NCBI GenBank assembly: GCA_965261735.1
Contig: OZ253470.1
Location: 1,280,001-1,344,000 of the forward strand
DNA: 64,000 bases
Origin: Alphaproteobacteria bacterium
GTDB lineage: Bacteria > Pseudomonadota > Alphaproteobacteria > SHVV01
Direction: 5' to 3'
Shown here piece by piece: positions 18,752 through 31,385 of the stretch (its first letter is position 1; every line of letters starts with the position of its first letter). A model generated the notes under the pieces. That model did not search any database, was not told the DNA's origin, and saw nothing but the letters and a program-made list of their open reading frames with translations. The translations under genes were made by a program, and so were the position numbers.

Positions 18752-20523
18752 CCATCCGCGTCCTGCCGCAGACGCTCGTCGACCGCATCGCCGCCGGCGA
18801 GGTGGTCGAGCGCCCGGCGAGCGCGGTCAAGGAACTCGTCGAGAACGCCATCGACGCCGGCGCGAGGCGCGTCGACGTGGTCATGAGCGAGGGTGGCCGC
18901 GACCTCATCTCGGTCACCGACGACGGCGCCGGCATGACGGCCGACGAACTCGCGCTCGCGGTGCAACGCCACGCGACTTCGAAGCTGCCGGACGATGATC
19001 TGCTCGCCATTCGCGACCTCGGTTTCCGGGGCGAGGCGCTACCCTCGATCGGCGCCGTCAGTCGGCTCGCGCTGACGAGCCGGCGCGCCGGCGCGCCCGA
19101 CGCCTGGTCTCTGACCGTCGCCGACGGAAACGTCACCGCGCCGGTGCCGGCGGCGCAAGCGGCGGGTACCCGGGTCGAGGTGCGCGGCCTGTTTCGCGCG
19201 ACACCGGCGCGGCTCAAGTTCCTCAAGGCGCCGCGCACCGAGTTCGGTCATGCCATCGACGTGGTCAAGCGGCTCGCCCTGGCCCGCCCCGACATCGCCT
19301 TCACCCTTGCCGACGAGACGCGCACCGCGCTGCGCTTCGGCGTCGAGGGGGCGCTCGGCGATGCGGCCCGGTCCCGCGTCGCCGCCGTCATGGGGCGCGA
19401 GTTCATCGACAATGCGCTCCTTATCGATGCCGCCCGGGACGACGCCCGACTTTCCGGCTTCGCGGCGCTGCCGACCTTCAGCCGCACCGGCGCCCAAGCG
19501 CAGTACCTGTTCGTCAACGGCCGCGCCGTGCGCGACCGTCAGCTCACCGGCGCGGTGCGCGCCGCCTATCAGGACGTGCTCGCGCGCGGGCGCCACCCCG
19601 CGGTGGTCCTGTTCCTCGAGGTCGCGGCCGACAGCGTCGACGTTAACGTCCATCCGGCCAAGGCCGAGGTCCGCTTTCGCGATTCGCGCGCCGTCCAGGG
19701 CCTGATCGTCGGCGCGCTCAGGCATGCGCTGGCCGAGGCCGGGCACCGGGCGTCGACCACGGTGGCGACCGCCGCGCTCGGGGCGATGCGCCCGGGCGGT
19801 GGGGGACCGGCTCGGGGCCTGCGCTACGACGCCCCGGCGGCGAGCTTCGCCGGGGCGTGGCGCGAGGATCAGCTCGCCTACCAGGCACCTCTCGCGGCCG
19901 CGGTGGCGGCGGCGGCCGAGCCCATTGACGACGAGGCGGCGGCGCAGCCCCTGGGGGCGGCGCGCGGCCAAGTGCATGCCACCTACATCGTCGCTCAAAC
20001 CACCGATGGGTTGGTCATCGTCGATCAGCACGCCGCCCACGAGCGGTTGGTATACGAGCGCATGAAGCGGGCGCTCGCCGAGCACGGCGTCGCGCGCCAG
20101 GGGCTGCTCTTGCCCGAGGTCGTCGAGATTGGCGAGGCCGACGCCGAGCGCCTGCTCGAGCGAGCCGGCGAGCTCGCCGAGCTCGGCCTCGTGATCGATG
20201 CGTTCGGTCCCGGCGCCGTGGTGGTGCGCGAGGTGCCGGCGCTGCTCGGCGAGACCGACGCCAAGGGCCTGGTGCGCGATCTCGCCGACGATCTGCGCGA
20301 TTCCGATACCGCCGGCGCCCTGCGCGAGCGGCTCATGGAGGTGTGCGGCACCATGGCTTGCCACGGCAGCGTGCGTGCCGGCCGCGCCCTTGGGCTGGCG
20401 GAAATGAACGCGCTGCTACGCGAGATGGAGCGCACGCCCAACGCCGGCCAGTGCAACCACGGCCGGCCGACCTACGTCGAGGTCAAACTCGCCGACATCG
20501 AGCGGCTGTTCGGCCGCCGCTAA
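18748..20523 (+). CDS. mutL: DNA mismatch repair endonuclease MutL
   Basis: [48 protein letters not shown]; GTG start at 18748. Confidence 0.97.
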   Translation: MTIRVLPQTLVDRIAAGEVVERPASAVKELVENAIDAGARRVDVVMSEGGRDLISVTDDGAGMTADELALAVQRHATSKLPDDDLLAIRDLGFRGEALPSIGAVSRLALTSRRAGAPDAWSLTVADGNVTAPVPAAQAAGTRVEVRGLFRATPARLKFLKAPRTEFGHAIDVVKRLALARPDIAFTLADETRTALRFGVEGALGDAARSRVAAVMGREFIDNALLIDAARDDARLSGFAALPTFSRTGAQAQYLFVNGRAVRDRQLTGAVRAAYQDVLARGRHPAVVLFLEVAADSVDVNVHPAKAEVRFRDSRAVQGLIVGALRHALAEAGHRASTTVATAALGAMRPGGGGPARGLRYDAPAASFAGAWREDQLAYQAPLAAAVAAAAEPIDDEAAAQPLGAARGQVHATYIVAQTTDGLVIVDQHAAHERLVYERMKRALAEHGVARQGLLLPEVVEIGEADAERLLERAGELAELGLVIDAFGPGAVVVREVPALLGETDAKGLVRDLADDLRDSDTAGALRERLMEVCGTMACHGSVRAGRALGLAEMNALLREMERTPNAGQCNHGRPTYVEVKLADIERLFGRR

Positions 20524-20525
20524 GG

Positions 20526-21089
20526 TCACTCTCGCCACCTCAGGAACAGGACCCGCGTCGTACCGTAGCGCCGCTCATCCACACGAGTAAATCCGTCGGG
20601 TTCGTGCAAGGCCTCGCGGGCGCCGAGCTCGACCAGGCAGAGCGCGCCCTCGGCGAGCCAGCCGCTCGCGAGGCCGGCGAGCGCCGCATCGCCGAGCCCC
20701 GAGCCGTAGGGCGCATCGAGGAAGGCGAGCGTGCACGCGAGGCCCGCGGGCTCGACCCCCAAACGCGTGGCATCGCGCGCGAGCAACGTGATTCGCTCGC
20801 TCTCACCGAGGGAGTCCGCGTTGCGGGCGATGACGGTGAGGCTCGCCGCCTGGTTATCGATGAAGGTCGCGTGCGCGGCGCCGCGCGACAGCGCCTCCAG
20901 CCCGAGCGCGCCGGTGCCGGCGAAGAGGTCGACGACGCGCGCGCCCTCGCAAGCCGCGGCGCCGCCGGCGACGCCGCTCGCCAGGATCGCGAACAGCGCC
21001 TCGCGCACCCGGTCGGGCGTCGGCCGCACGGCCCGCCCCGGCGGTGCCGCGATACGGCGCCCGCGGTACTTACCGGCAATGATGCGCAT
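20526..21089 (-). CDS. rsmD: 16S rRNA m2G966 methyltransferase
   Basis: MRIIAGKYRGR, RPTPDRVREALF, DLFAGTGALGLEALSRGA. Confidence 0.93.
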   Translation of the reverse strand: MRIIAGKYRGRRIAAPPGRAVRPTPDRVREALFAILASGVAGGAAACEGARVVDLFAGTGALGLEALSRGAAHATFIDNQAASLTVIARNADSLGESERITLLARDATRLGVEPAGLACTLAFLDAPYGSGLGDAALAGLASGWLAEGALCLVELGAREALHEPDGFTRVDERRYGTTRVLFLRWRE

Positions 21090-21097
21090 GAGGCGAT

Positions 21098-21832
21098 CTA
21101 GTGGTCTGAGCGGGCGGGCGCGCCGAGCCGCGCGCGCAGCGTGCGTGCCGGCACCTCGCGCACCTCGCCGGGCTTGAGCGTGGCGAGCTCGAAGGGTCCG
21201 TAGGCGGTGCGGATGAGGCGCGCGACCGAGAGCCCCAGCGACTCGAGCACGCGCCGGACCTCGCGGTTCTTGCCCTCGGCGAGGCGCACGTCGAGCCAGG
21301 CGTTGGTGCCGACCTTACGCTCCAGCACCGCGTGAACGGGGCCGTAGCGGATGCCGGCGACCGTGACCCCGCGCGCGAGCGCGGCGAGCACGCCCACGTC
21401 GACCGCGCCGTGGACGCGCGCGCGGTAGCGCCGTACCAGGCCGCTGGCCGGCAGCTCGAGCCGGCGCGCCAGCGCACCGTCGTTGGTGAGCAGCAGCAGG
21501 CCCTCCGAGTTGAGGTCGAGGCGGCCGACCGCGATGACGTGCGGCAGGCTTGCAGGCAGCTGCTCGAACAACGTCGGGCGGCCGTGCGTATCGCGGTGGG
21601 TGGTCAGCACGCCGCGCGGCTTGTGGCAGCGCCACAGGCGCACGCGCTCCGCCGCCGGCAGCGGCCTCCCGTCGACGGCGATGCGGCTGCCGGCGTCCAC
21701 GTTGAGCGCCGGGCTGGTGTGCACCTCACCGTCGACGGCGACGCGGCCGACCGCGATCCAGCGCTCCGCCTCGCGCCGCGAACACAGGCCGGCCCGCGCG
21801 ATGCGGCGGGCCAGGCGCTCCGCGTCGGCCAT
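21098..21832 (-). CDS. RsuA/RluB-family pseudouridine synthase
   Basis: S4 domain (ARAGLCSRREAE), VGRLDLNSEGLLLLTNDG, EGKNREVRR. Confidence 0.92.
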   Translation of the reverse strand: MADAERLARRIARAGLCSRREAERWIAVGRVAVDGEVHTSPALNVDAGSRIAVDGRPLPAAERVRLWRCHKPRGVLTTHRDTHGRPTLFEQLPASLPHVIAVGRLDLNSEGLLLLTNDGALARRLELPASGLVRRYRARVHGAVDVGVLAALARGVTVAGIRYGPVHAVLERKVGTNAWLDVRLAEGKNREVRRVLESLGLSVARLIRTAYGPFELATLKPGEVREVPARTLRARLGAPARSDH

Positions 21833-21841
21833 GGCGTAGGT

Positions 21842-22558
21842 TCAGCGGGCGCGCGCGGCGTCGACGAAGGCGGCAAAGAGCGGCGCATCGCCGTCGCTCA
21901 CGCCGTACTCCGGATGCCACTGCACACCGAGGCAGAAGCGTCGCCGCGCATCCTCGATGCCCTCGACCACACCATCGGGCGCCAGCGCGTTGATGGTCAC
22001 GCCCTCGCCGACATCGTGGGCGGCCTGGTGGTGGGCCGAGTTGACGCCAAGTTCGCCCGCACCGACGATGCGGTGGAGCAGCGTCCCCTCCATGATGCGC
22101 ACCGTGTGCCCCGGCTCGTCGCGCGGGTTGGGCTGCTCGTGCGCGAGCGCATCAACCACCGTGTCTGGGATGTGCTGGATCAGCGTCCCCCCGAGCACCA
22201 CGTTGAGGAGCTGCTGGCCGCCGCAGATGCCGAACACCGGCTTGTCGCGCGCCAGGGCGGCCTGGGTTACGGCGATCTCGAACGCGGTTCGCACGTCCTT
22301 GGTGCGCACGCGCTCATGCCGTGTCGCGGCCCCGAACAGCGCCGGGTCGACGTCGAAGTCGCCGCCGGTGACGACGAGGCCGTCGATGAGGGCGGCGTAG
22401 TGCTCGGCCGCGGCCGGCTCGTGTGGGAGCAGGAGCGCAAGCCCTCCGGCCTCGGCGATCGCGGCGCAGTAGTTCTGCCGCAGCGCGTACCACGGCAGGT
22501 TCGCGTAAGCTCCGGCGGGCTCGGAGTCGAGCGTCAGGCCGATGACGGGGGGCGACAT
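21842..22558 (-). CDS. Gamma-glutamyl-gamma-aminobutyrate hydrolase family (peptidase C26)
   Basis: PVIGLT, GICGGQQLLNV, VNSAHHQA, GVQWHPE. Confidence 0.9.
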   Translation of the reverse strand: MSPPVIGLTLDSEPAGAYANLPWYALRQNYCAAIAEAGGLALLLPHEPAAAEHYAALIDGLVVTGGDFDVDPALFGAATRHERVRTKDVRTAFEIAVTQAALARDKPVFGICGGQQLLNVVLGGTLIQHIPDTVVDALAHEQPNPRDEPGHTVRIMEGTLLHRIVGAGELGVNSAHHQAAHDVGEGVTINALAPDGVVEGIEDARRRFCLGVQWHPEYGVSDGDAPLFAAFVDAARAR

Positions 22559-22628
22559 GGCGCGAGTGTAGGGCGCACCGCCTACACCGGCAACGGCGCG
22601 CGCTTGACGCGGGCCGCAGGCCAGCGCC

Positions 22629-23093
22629 ATGGTCGCCGCCATGGCGGCGGGCAACAACGCGATGGCGCGGGCCCTGGCCGAGGCCGAAGCCGCGGGCGCG
22701 CGCGGCGAGGTGCCGGTCGGCGCCGTCATCATCGATGACGGCGGCGAGGTGTTGGCGGCGTGCGGCAACCGGACGCGCGCCGACCGCGACCCGACCGCGC
22801 ACGCCGAACTCCTGGCGATCCGCGCGGCGGCGGCTCGAATCGAGAGCGAGCGGCTCGGCGCTTGTGACCTCTACGTCACCCTCGAGCCCTGCCCGATGTG
22901 CGCGCACGCGATCTCGCTCGCGCGTATCCGCCGCCTCTATTACGGGGCCGACGACGCCAAGGGCGGCGGCGTCGCGCACGGCCCGCGCATCTTCGCCCAG
23001 GCCACCTGCCACCACCGCCCCGAGATCTATGGCGGCATCGACGCGGCTCGCGCCGCCGCGCTGCTCCGCGACTTCTTTGCCGCCAGGCGATAA
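22629..23093 (+). CDS. tadA: tRNA adenosine deaminase
   Basis: GEVPVGAV, HAE, TLEPCPMC; start codon uncertain. Confidence 0.88.
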   Translation: MVAAMAAGNNAMARALAEAEAAGARGEVPVGAVIIDDGGEVLAACGNRTRADRDPTAHAELLAIRAAAARIESERLGACDLYVTLEPCPMCAHAISLARIRRLYYGADDAKGGGVAHGPRIFAQATCHHRPEIYGGIDAARAAALLRDFFAARR

Positions 23094-23126
23094 GCTCGCG
23101 GCGCATTTCGGTACGGAGGGGCGGCC

Positions 23127-24329
<1,203 letters not shown>

Positions 24330-24360
24330 GGCGCGCGCGGCTCCTAGGGAGAGGCAGACC

Positions 24361-25101
24361 ATGAAGCGCTTCGAGGGCAAGACGGCGTTCGTCACCGGCG
24401 CCGGCAGCGGCATCGGGCTCGCCGCGGCGCAGCGCATCGCGGCCGAGGGGGCGCGCGTCATCTGCGCGATCGAGAGCGAGGCCCAGCGCGCGGCAACGGG
24501 CAAGCTGGAGAGCGTCGTTCTCGACGTAAGCGCCGAGGCGAGCTGGGACGAGGTCGTGGCGCGCACCCTCGCGCCCGCCGGCGGCGTCGACGTGCTGATC
24601 AACAACGCCGGCATCCTGCGCAAGGGGCGGGCCGAGGACACGCCGCTCGAGCTGTGGCACGAGGTCATCGCGACCAACCTCACCGGCGTCTTCCTGGGCT
24701 GCAAGAAGCTCGTGCCCCTGATGCGCGCGCGCGGCGGCGGCGCCATCGTCAACACCGCCTCGCTCAACGCCATCCGCGGCGTCCAGGCGGCGCTCGCCTA
24801 TGCCGCCTCCAAGGGCGGGATCGTCGCCATGACCCTATCGCTGGCGCTCGACCACGCGCGCGACAACATCCGTGTCAACTGCATCTGCCCCGGCTCCGTG
24901 GATACGCAGATGGTGCGCGATATCTACGCCGCGGCCCCCGACCCCGAGGCCGCGCGCCAAGCCGCGATCGACAAGCACCCGCTGAGGCGGATGGGAACCC
25001 CCGCCGACATGGCCGCGGCGATCGCCTTCCTCGCCAGCGCGGACGCGAGCTTCATGACCGGCCAGATCCTCGCCGTCGACGGCGGCCGCACCGCGGTGTG
25101 A
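24361..25101 (+). CDS. SDR family oxidoreductase
   Basis: TGAGSGIG, NNAG, YAASKGG. Confidence 0.92.
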   Translation: MKRFEGKTAFVTGAGSGIGLAAAQRIAAEGARVICAIESEAQRAATGKLESVVLDVSAEASWDEVVARTLAPAGGVDVLINNAGILRKGRAEDTPLELWHEVIATNLTGVFLGCKKLVPLMRARGGGAIVNTASLNAIRGVQAALAYAASKGGIVAMTLSLALDHARDNIRVNCICPGSVDTQMVRDIYAAAPDPEAARQAAIDKHPLRRMGTPADMAAAIAFLASADASFMTGQILAVDGGRTAV

Positions 25102-25143
25102 GGGGGCAAAGAGCCAGCAACCGTTAAGGTTTGCGTTGAGCCC

Positions 25144-25341
25144 CTAGCGCACGGCTCCATCGGTGCCGGGCCGGGGCGCGGCGCGCTGCTCGCGCTGCTC
25201 GGAAAGCGTATCGAGTTGCTTCACCATCCGTCGGAGCAATTCCACTTTCCTGTCGGCGCCTGACTGGTCCTTCAGATTATTCTGATGGTGCGAGAGGGCG
25301 TAAGCGAGCTGCTCGGCGATATTGCTGTTCGGATCCAGCAT
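25144..25341 (-). CDS. Small hypothetical protein (65 aa)
   Basis: CAGGAGAAGG RBS before ATG; helical sequence MLDPNSNIAEQLAYALSHHQ... Confidence 0.55.
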   Translation of the reverse strand: MLDPNSNIAEQLAYALSHHQNNLKDQSGADRKVELLRRMVKQLDTLSEQREQRAAPRPGTDGAVR

Positions 25342-25426
25342 GACCTTCTCCTGACGCACACGATGGGGGTTCGCGCGCCACGTCCTTAAGGGAAAGGCAT
25401 TAAGGAACGGTGTTCGAGGTGACCTC

Positions 25427-26494
25427 CTAACCCCCCATCCTCTCCACTTGCGCCCAGGCGGCCTCGGCGAGGGGGCGGGCCAGCACGCCGATCTCGCGGG
25501 CGTGCTCGCTCGCCGCCGTGCCATCGACCGCGCGCCCCATGATGCCCTGGAAGATGCAGGCGAGGCGGAACATGTTGTAGGCCATGTAGTATTCCCAATG
25601 GTCGAGGCGGCCGCGGCCGGTGCGCGCGCAGTAGGCGGCGACGTAGGACTCCTCGCTCGGGATGCCGAGGGCGTCGAGGTCGAGGCCGGCGAAGCCGCGG
25701 CCCGTCTCGGGGGCGAGGCGCCACGGCATGCAGTGGTTGGCGAAGTCGGCCACGGGATGGCCGAGGGTCGAGATCTCCCAATCGAGGATGGCCAGCAGCC
25801 GGGGCTCGCCCGCGCCGAAGATCAGGTTGTCGAGCCGGTAGTCGCCGTGCACCAGCGCCGTCTGCTCGTCGTCCGGCAGGTGCGCCGGCACCCAGTCCAG
25901 CAGCCGCTCCATCGCCGGGATGGTCTCAGTCTCGGAGGCGCGGTACTGCTTCGACCAGCGCGCGATCTGGCGCGCGACGTAACTCCCAGGGCGGCCGAAA
26001 TCGGTGAGGCCGACGCGCGCGTAGTCGACACGGTGGAGCTTCGCGAGGCCCTCGTTCATGGCATCGAAGATGGCCGTGCGCTCAGCCGGCGCGAGCCCCG
26101 GTAGGGCGAGGTCCCAGAATACCCGCCCCTCGACATCGTCCATAACGTAGAAGGCGGTGCCGATGACGGATGCGTCCTCGCACAGGGCGTAAGTCTTGGG
26201 TACCGGGACCCCGGTGCCCGCGAGGGCCGTCATCACCCGGTATTCGCGATCGACCGCATGCGCCGAGGGCAGGAGCTGGCCGGGCGGCTTGCGGCGCACG
26301 ACGAGGCGCCGGCCGTCGCGTGCGGTGACGAGATACGTCGGGTTGGACTGGCCACCCCGGAACTGCGCCACCTCAATGGGGCCGCGGAAGCGCTCGACGT
26401 GCGCCTCGAGGTACCTTGCCAGCGCGTGCTCATCGATGCGGTGCGCAGGCCTCACCGCCATGGTGCCGGTGAACTGCGCGTCGCGCTCGCTCAT
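25427..26494 (-). CDS. APH/ACAD10-11-type phosphotransferase
   Basis: [44 protein letters not shown]; start overlaps purD stop. Confidence 0.9.
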   Translation of the reverse strand: MSERDAQFTGTMAVRPAHRIDEHALARYLEAHVERFRGPIEVAQFRGGQSNPTYLVTARDGRRLVVRRKPPGQLLPSAHAVDREYRVMTALAGTGVPVPKTYALCEDASVIGTAFYVMDDVEGRVFWDLALPGLAPAERTAIFDAMNEGLAKLHRVDYARVGLTDFGRPGSYVARQIARWSKQYRASETETIPAMERLLDWVPAHLPDDEQTALVHGDYRLDNLIFGAGEPRLLAILDWEISTLGHPVADFANHCMPWRLAPETGRGFAGLDLDALGIPSEESYVAAYCARTGRGRLDHWEYYMAYNMFRLACIFQGIMGRAVDGTAASEHAREIGVLARPLAEAAWAQVERMGG

Positions 26495-27765
26495 CGCGGT
26501 CCGCTCACCGCGCGCCAGCCGATGTCGCGGCGGCAGAAGCCCTCGGGCCAATCGATGGCATCTACGGCGCGGTAGGCCTGGGCCTGCGCCTCGGCGATGG
26601 TGGCGCCGGTGGCGGTGACGCCGAGCACGCGACCGCCCGCTGCGGTGGTGCGGCCGCCTCGGGCCGCGGTGCCGGCATGGAAGACGAGCACGTCGTCGAG
26701 TGCCGCCGCCGCCTCGAGATCGCGGATCTCGCTGCCTGGCTCGACCTCGCCCGGGTAGCCCCGCGCCGCCATCACCACGCACAGGGCGGCGCGCTCGTAC
26801 CAGCGCAGATCGACCTGATCGAGCACGCCGTCGCGTGCGGCGAGCAGCGCCGGGAGCAGGTCCGACATCAGGCGCGGCATCAGCACCTGGCACTCGGGGT
26901 CGCCGAAGCGGACGTTGTATTCGAGCAGCATGAGGCCGGCTTGCGTGACCATGAGGCCGGCATAGAGGATGCCCTTGTAGGGCCGGCCCTTGGCCGCCAT
27001 GCCGGCGATGGTGGGACGGATGATGCGCTCCATTGCCTCGGCCTCGCGGGCCGGCGTCATCAGCGGGGCCGGCGAGTAGGCGCCCATACCGCCGGTGTTG
27101 GGGCCGGTATCGCCCTCGCCGACCGTCTTGTGGTCCTGGGCCGAGGCGAGCGCGAGGGCGTTTTCGCCATCGACGAGCGCGAAGAAGCTCGCCTCTTCGC
27201 CCTCGAGGAACTCCTCGATCACGATTTCGCGGCCGGCCCCGCCGAAGCGCCCCGACAGCGCTTCGTCGGCGGCACGGCACGCCTCCTCGACGCTCGCTGC
27301 CACCGTCACCCCCTTGCCGGCCGCGAGTCCATCGGCCTTGACGACGATCGGCGCGCCGTGTGCGGCGATGTAGTCCCTCGCCGCGGCGGCCTCGCGGAAG
27401 CGGCCGTAATGGGCCGTCGGGATGTCGTACTCGGCGCACAAATCCTTGACGAAACCCTTGGAGGCCTCGAGCACGGCCGCCGCTCGGTTCGGCCCGAAGG
27501 CCTTGATGCCGGCCGCCTCGAGCGTATCGACGAGCCCGGCGACGAGCGGCGCCTCGGGGCCGACGACGACGAAGTCGATGGCCTCCTGGCCGCACAGGCG
27601 CAGTAGGCCGTCGAAGTCCATGGCATCGATGGGGCTGCATTGCGCGAGCGCTGCGATACCGGGATTGCCCGGCGCGGCGAAGAGACCATCGACGAGCGAC
27701 GAGGCGGCGAGGGACCAGCACAGCGCGTGCTCGCGTCCGCCCGAGCCGACCACCAGAACGTTCAT
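26491..27765 (-). CDS. purD: Phosphoribosylamine--glycine ligase
   Basis: [46 protein letters not shown]. Confidence 0.97.
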   Translation of the reverse strand: MNVLVVGSGGREHALCWSLAASSLVDGLFAAPGNPGIAALAQCSPIDAMDFDGLLRLCGQEAIDFVVVGPEAPLVAGLVDTLEAAGIKAFGPNRAAAVLEASKGFVKDLCAEYDIPTAHYGRFREAAAARDYIAAHGAPIVVKADGLAAGKGVTVAASVEEACRAADEALSGRFGGAGREIVIEEFLEGEEASFFALVDGENALALASAQDHKTVGEGDTGPNTGGMGAYSPAPLMTPAREAEAMERIIRPTIAGMAAKGRPYKGILYAGLMVTQAGLMLLEYNVRFGDPECQVLMPRLMSDLLPALLAARDGVLDQVDLRWYERAALCVVMAARGYPGEVEPGSEIRDLEAAAALDDVLVFHAGTAARGGRTTAAGGRVLGVTATGATIAEAQAQAYRAVDAIDWPEGFCRRDIGWRAVSGPR

Positions 27766-27915
27766 GCCCAATCCCCGCCGCGGCCGTGCCCGGCCTTGCG
27801 TTGTAGAGCTTTCGCCGCGCCTGTCAATCGGGCCCGCAGGATGGCCCGGCCGGGCCAGGGTTTCGGCCGCGTGCGCGCTCCTATATCATGGCGCTCGAGA
27901 TGACGAACGGGTGCC

Positions 27916-29352
27916 ATGACCGAGCTTGATCTCGCGCACGATGAGGGCGCCGGCCTCGGCAATTTGCGCGAATACTCGGTCGGCGAGCTGTCGCAGGCGC
28001 TGCGGCGCACGGTCGAGGGCGCGTTCGTGCGCGTGCGCGTGCGCGGCGAGATCACCGGCGCCAAGCGCCACGGCTCAGGGCACTTCTATTTCACGCTCAA
28101 GGACGAGGACGCGGTGCTCGAAGCAGTGTGCTGGCGCACGGTCGCCGCGCGCCTCGCGATCGCGCCCGAGGATGGCCTCGAGGTCGTGTGCACGGGCAAG
28201 CTCAGCACCTATGCGGCGCGCTCCAAGTACCAGATCGTCATCGAGTCGATCGAGCCCGCGGGAAAGGGCGCGCTCATGGCGCTGCTCGCGGCGCGGCGGC
28301 GCGCGCTCGAGCGCGAGGGTCTGTTCGACTCCGCGCGCAAGCGCCCTCTGCCCTACCTGCCCGAGGTTATCGGCGTCGTCACCTCGCCCTCCGGCGCGGT
28401 GATCCGCGACATCCTGCACCGCCTCGCCGATCGCTTTCCGCGTCACGTGCTGATGTGGCCGGTCGCCGTGCAGGGCGAGGACGCGGCAGGCCAGATCGCG
28501 GCCGCGATCGAGGGCTTCGGCCGGCTCGAGGCGAGCGGTCCGGTGCCGCGCCCCGACGTCCTCATCGTCGCCCGCGGCGGTGGTAGCATCGAGGATTTGT
28601 GGGCCTTCAACGACGAAGCGGTGGTGCGCGCCGCGGCCGCGAGCCCGATCCCCCTGATCTCGGCGGTCGGGCACGAGACCGACACGACGCTGATCGATTT
28701 CGCCGCCGACGTGCGCGCGCCGACGCCGAGCGCCGCGGCCGAGATGGCGGTGCCGGTGCGGGCCGAGCTCAGCCTCGCGGTGCTCGACGGCGAGCGCCGT
28801 CTCGGTGCCGCCATCAACCGCCGGCTCGAGGCGGCGCGCCTGGAGCTCACGGCCGCCGCCCGGGGCTTGCGCAGCCCCGCTGAGCTGCTCGAGATGGCGG
28901 TCCAGAGGCTCGACGACCTCGCCGAGGGCCTGGGGCGCGCGCTCAAGCAGGGTCTCGCCGACAAGGGCCACCGGCTCGAGCGCGCCGGCGCCGGCTTGCG
29001 CCCGGGGGAGCTGACGCGCGAGCTCCGGCGCAAGGCCGAACGGGCGGGCGAGCACGGCCGCGCCCTGCGCCAAGCGATGGCGCGCCGGTTGCGCGACATG
29101 CACACAGCGCTGGCGGCGCAGGCCAACCTGCTCGTCAGCCTGAGCTACGAGCGGGTGCTCGAGCGCGGCTATGTCGTCGTGCGCGAGCGCGGCGCGCGAC
29201 CGATTACCAGTGCCCGGGCGTTGCAGGCGGGGATGGCGCTCGATCTCGACTTCCATGATGGCACGGCGGCGGCCACCGTGGCCGGACGTCGTCGCGCGCG
29301 GCGCGCGCCCGGAGCCGAGACGGCCGCCGAGCGCCAGGGCAAGCTGCTATAG
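27916..29352 (+). CDS. xseA: Exodeoxyribonuclease VII large subunit
   Basis: SGHFYFTLKD, ARGGGSIEDLWAFN, SAVGHETD, APTPSAAAE. Confidence 0.96.
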   Translation: MTELDLAHDEGAGLGNLREYSVGELSQALRRTVEGAFVRVRVRGEITGAKRHGSGHFYFTLKDEDAVLEAVCWRTVAARLAIAPEDGLEVVCTGKLSTYAARSKYQIVIESIEPAGKGALMALLAARRRALEREGLFDSARKRPLPYLPEVIGVVTSPSGAVIRDILHRLADRFPRHVLMWPVAVQGEDAAGQIAAAIEGFGRLEASGPVPRPDVLIVARGGGSIEDLWAFNDEAVVRAAAASPIPLISAVGHETDTTLIDFAADVRAPTPSAAAEMAVPVRAELSLAVLDGERRLGAAINRRLEAARLELTAAARGLRSPAELLEMAVQRLDDLAEGLGRALKQGLADKGHRLERAGAGLRPGELTRELRRKAERAGEHGRALRQAMARRLRDMHTALAAQANLLVSLSYERVLERGYVVVRERGARPITSARALQAGMALDLDFHDGTAAATVAGRRRARRAPGAETAAERQGKLL

Positions 29353-29363
29353 GGGCGCGGGGC

Positions 29364-29594
29364 ATGTGGGGCCAGAGCGACGAGTCGGGCTTGCCGGCCG
29401 AGGCAGCGAAGGTGCGCTACGGGGCCGGCGCCTTCGACGTGCTGACACCGGGCGCGCATGTGGTGTGCGCCGTTACGGGTGCGCAAATCCCTCTCGAGAA
29501 CCTGAAATATTGGGACGTGGCGCTGCAGGAGCCCTACGCCAACGCCGAAGTCGGGCTCGAGCGCCACGAGGCGCGCCGCCGGGCGCAGCGGTGA
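29364..29594 (+). CDS. DUF2093-family small protein
   Basis: PGAHVVCAVTGAQIPLENLKYWDVALQEPYA; usual neighbour of xseA. Confidence 0.85.
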   Translation: MWGQSDESGLPAEAAKVRYGAGAFDVLTPGAHVVCAVTGAQIPLENLKYWDVALQEPYANAEVGLERHEARRRAQR

Positions 29595-30391
29595 GGCACG
29601 CGCTCGGCTTCCTGATGGCGTTGCTCGCCGCCGTGCCCGCGGCCGCGCTGACGCTCGAGGGGCCACTCGTGCAGGGCGGTATGGTGGTCGGCCAGACCGA
29701 GCCGGGCGCGAGGGTCACGCTCGACGGGCGCCCGGTACGGGTCTCGGACGCGGGCTTGTTCGTTATCGGTTTCGGCCGCGACGCGCCGCCTGCGGTGGTG
29801 CTCGAGAGCCGCAGAGCCGGCGCGCACGCTCGACGCACCCTCACCATCGCGGTCCGCGATTATGCGATCGAGCGTATCGACGGCCTGCCGCCCAACATGG
29901 TGAGCCCGAGCGCGGCCGAGCTTGCGCGCATCTGTCGCGAGAACGGCATGATTGCCGCGGTGCGGCGTCGGGATAGCGCCGCCACCGGGTTCGCCGCCGG
30001 CTTTCGCTGGCCCGTCGCCGGCGAGGTCTCGGGCGTCTACGGCAGCCAGCGCATCCTCAACGGCGAGTCGCGCCGCCCCCATTTCGGTATCGATATCGCG
30101 GCCCCCGTGGGCACCCCGGTCGTCGCCGCGGCGGACGGTAGCGTCGCGCTCGCCGAAACCGACCTGTTCTACACTGGCGGTACCGTGATGATCGACCACG
30201 GCCATGGCGTCACCTCGGTGTATTCGCATCTCAGCCGTGTCGACGTCACGCTCGGCGCACACGTCGGCGCGGGCACGACGATCGGCGCGGTCGGCGCCAG
30301 CGGGCGCGCCACCGGCGCCCATCTCGACTAGCGCATAAGCTGGTTCGCGGTGCCGCTCGACCCGGCCCTCATCGCCGGCCCGATACCCTAG
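29591..30391 (+). pseudogene. M23 family metallopeptidase with premature TAG (30329-30331)
   Basis: HFGIDIAAP, DHGHG, TGAHLD*RISWFAVPLDP; the stop sits where family members have W (HLDWR). Confidence 0.8.
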
Positions 30392-30569
30392 CGACCAGGT
30401 GTTGTACTTTGAGCCGGCCCCTTGGGTTGGGCGTACCGCCCGCCCGTCATGATCGGGCGCCGTTCGATAGAGGGGAGCCATGGCCGAGGCAAACCGCAGA
30501 CATGCGGCGACCCAAGTGACGACGTTGTCGGTTATCCGTTGTTGATACGCCACCAATGAAGCGACCCCC

Positions 30570-31206
30570 GTGAACGACACGGCAGCCCTGAAGCTCGAAG
30601 CCCGGGGTAAGGACTACGGTTCGGTCCGCGCCCTCGGCGAAGTCTCCCTATCGATCGACGAGAGCGGGTCCGCTTGGCGGTCCTCGGCCTTGCCGCCGTT
30701 ATCATCGTGGCCGTCTTGCTGGGGCTCTCCAACTCGGTTCGACCCGTTGACGTACAGGAGATCTTCGAGAAGCTCCCCCCACGTTCCGCGCGCTGGTGGG
30801 CATGAACGAGGGGGAGATGTTCGACTTCTCGGGCTGGATTGTTCTCATCCACAACCATCCGGTGTGGTTGATTGCGATCCTGAGCTTCCCCTTGGTTTCG
30901 GGGCTACGCGGAGTCGCCAGCGGCGTCGACGACGGAACGCTGGAGCTCGTGCTGGCGCAACCCCTCAGTCGCAGCACCTATTATCTGGCCCTCGCAGCAA
31001 TCGTCGGACTGGGCACGACGCGGGTCCTCGCCTGCTCCTTTGTGGGAGGCCTTATCGCCCGAACCGTTATCACCCTCCCGGACCAACTCCCGACTTCCAC
31101 ACTCCTACAACTCTCGGCTTCGGGTTGGGCTCTCGCCCTGTCCGTCGCTGGAATTTCGCTCCTGATCTCGGTCCTCTGCCGGACGCTGGCACTCAAGCAC
31201 CATTAA
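30570..31206 (+). pseudogene. ABC transporter remnant (ATPase N-terminus joined to an ABC-2-type permease fragment)
   Basis: KDYGSVRALGEVSLSID with no Walker A, followed in other frames by ...DDGTLELVLAQPLSRSTYY permease motif; 3' truncated. Confidence 0.6.
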
Positions 31207-31385
31207 CTGAGCCCATGGCTTAGGCGCAGCCGGCGAGTGCCAGCGATGCGCCGGGTATCGACAAGCGGCGGGGAAGGCGGCAATGTCGGGGATCATCTGG
31301 CGGGACACCCGCGAGGACACGGGCCAGATGGATGACCAATCGCGAGCGTACGATGGCCGTTTCACTGAGAATGGGGAGGACGCTG

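Noticed and set aside
25427-27721. Apparent 764-aa ORF extending the phosphotransferase across purD; similar N-terminal extensions of mutL, ileS, coxA and ctaG
   Set aside because: These extensions come from the track choosing the most upstream start; the real starts overlap the upstream gene's stop.
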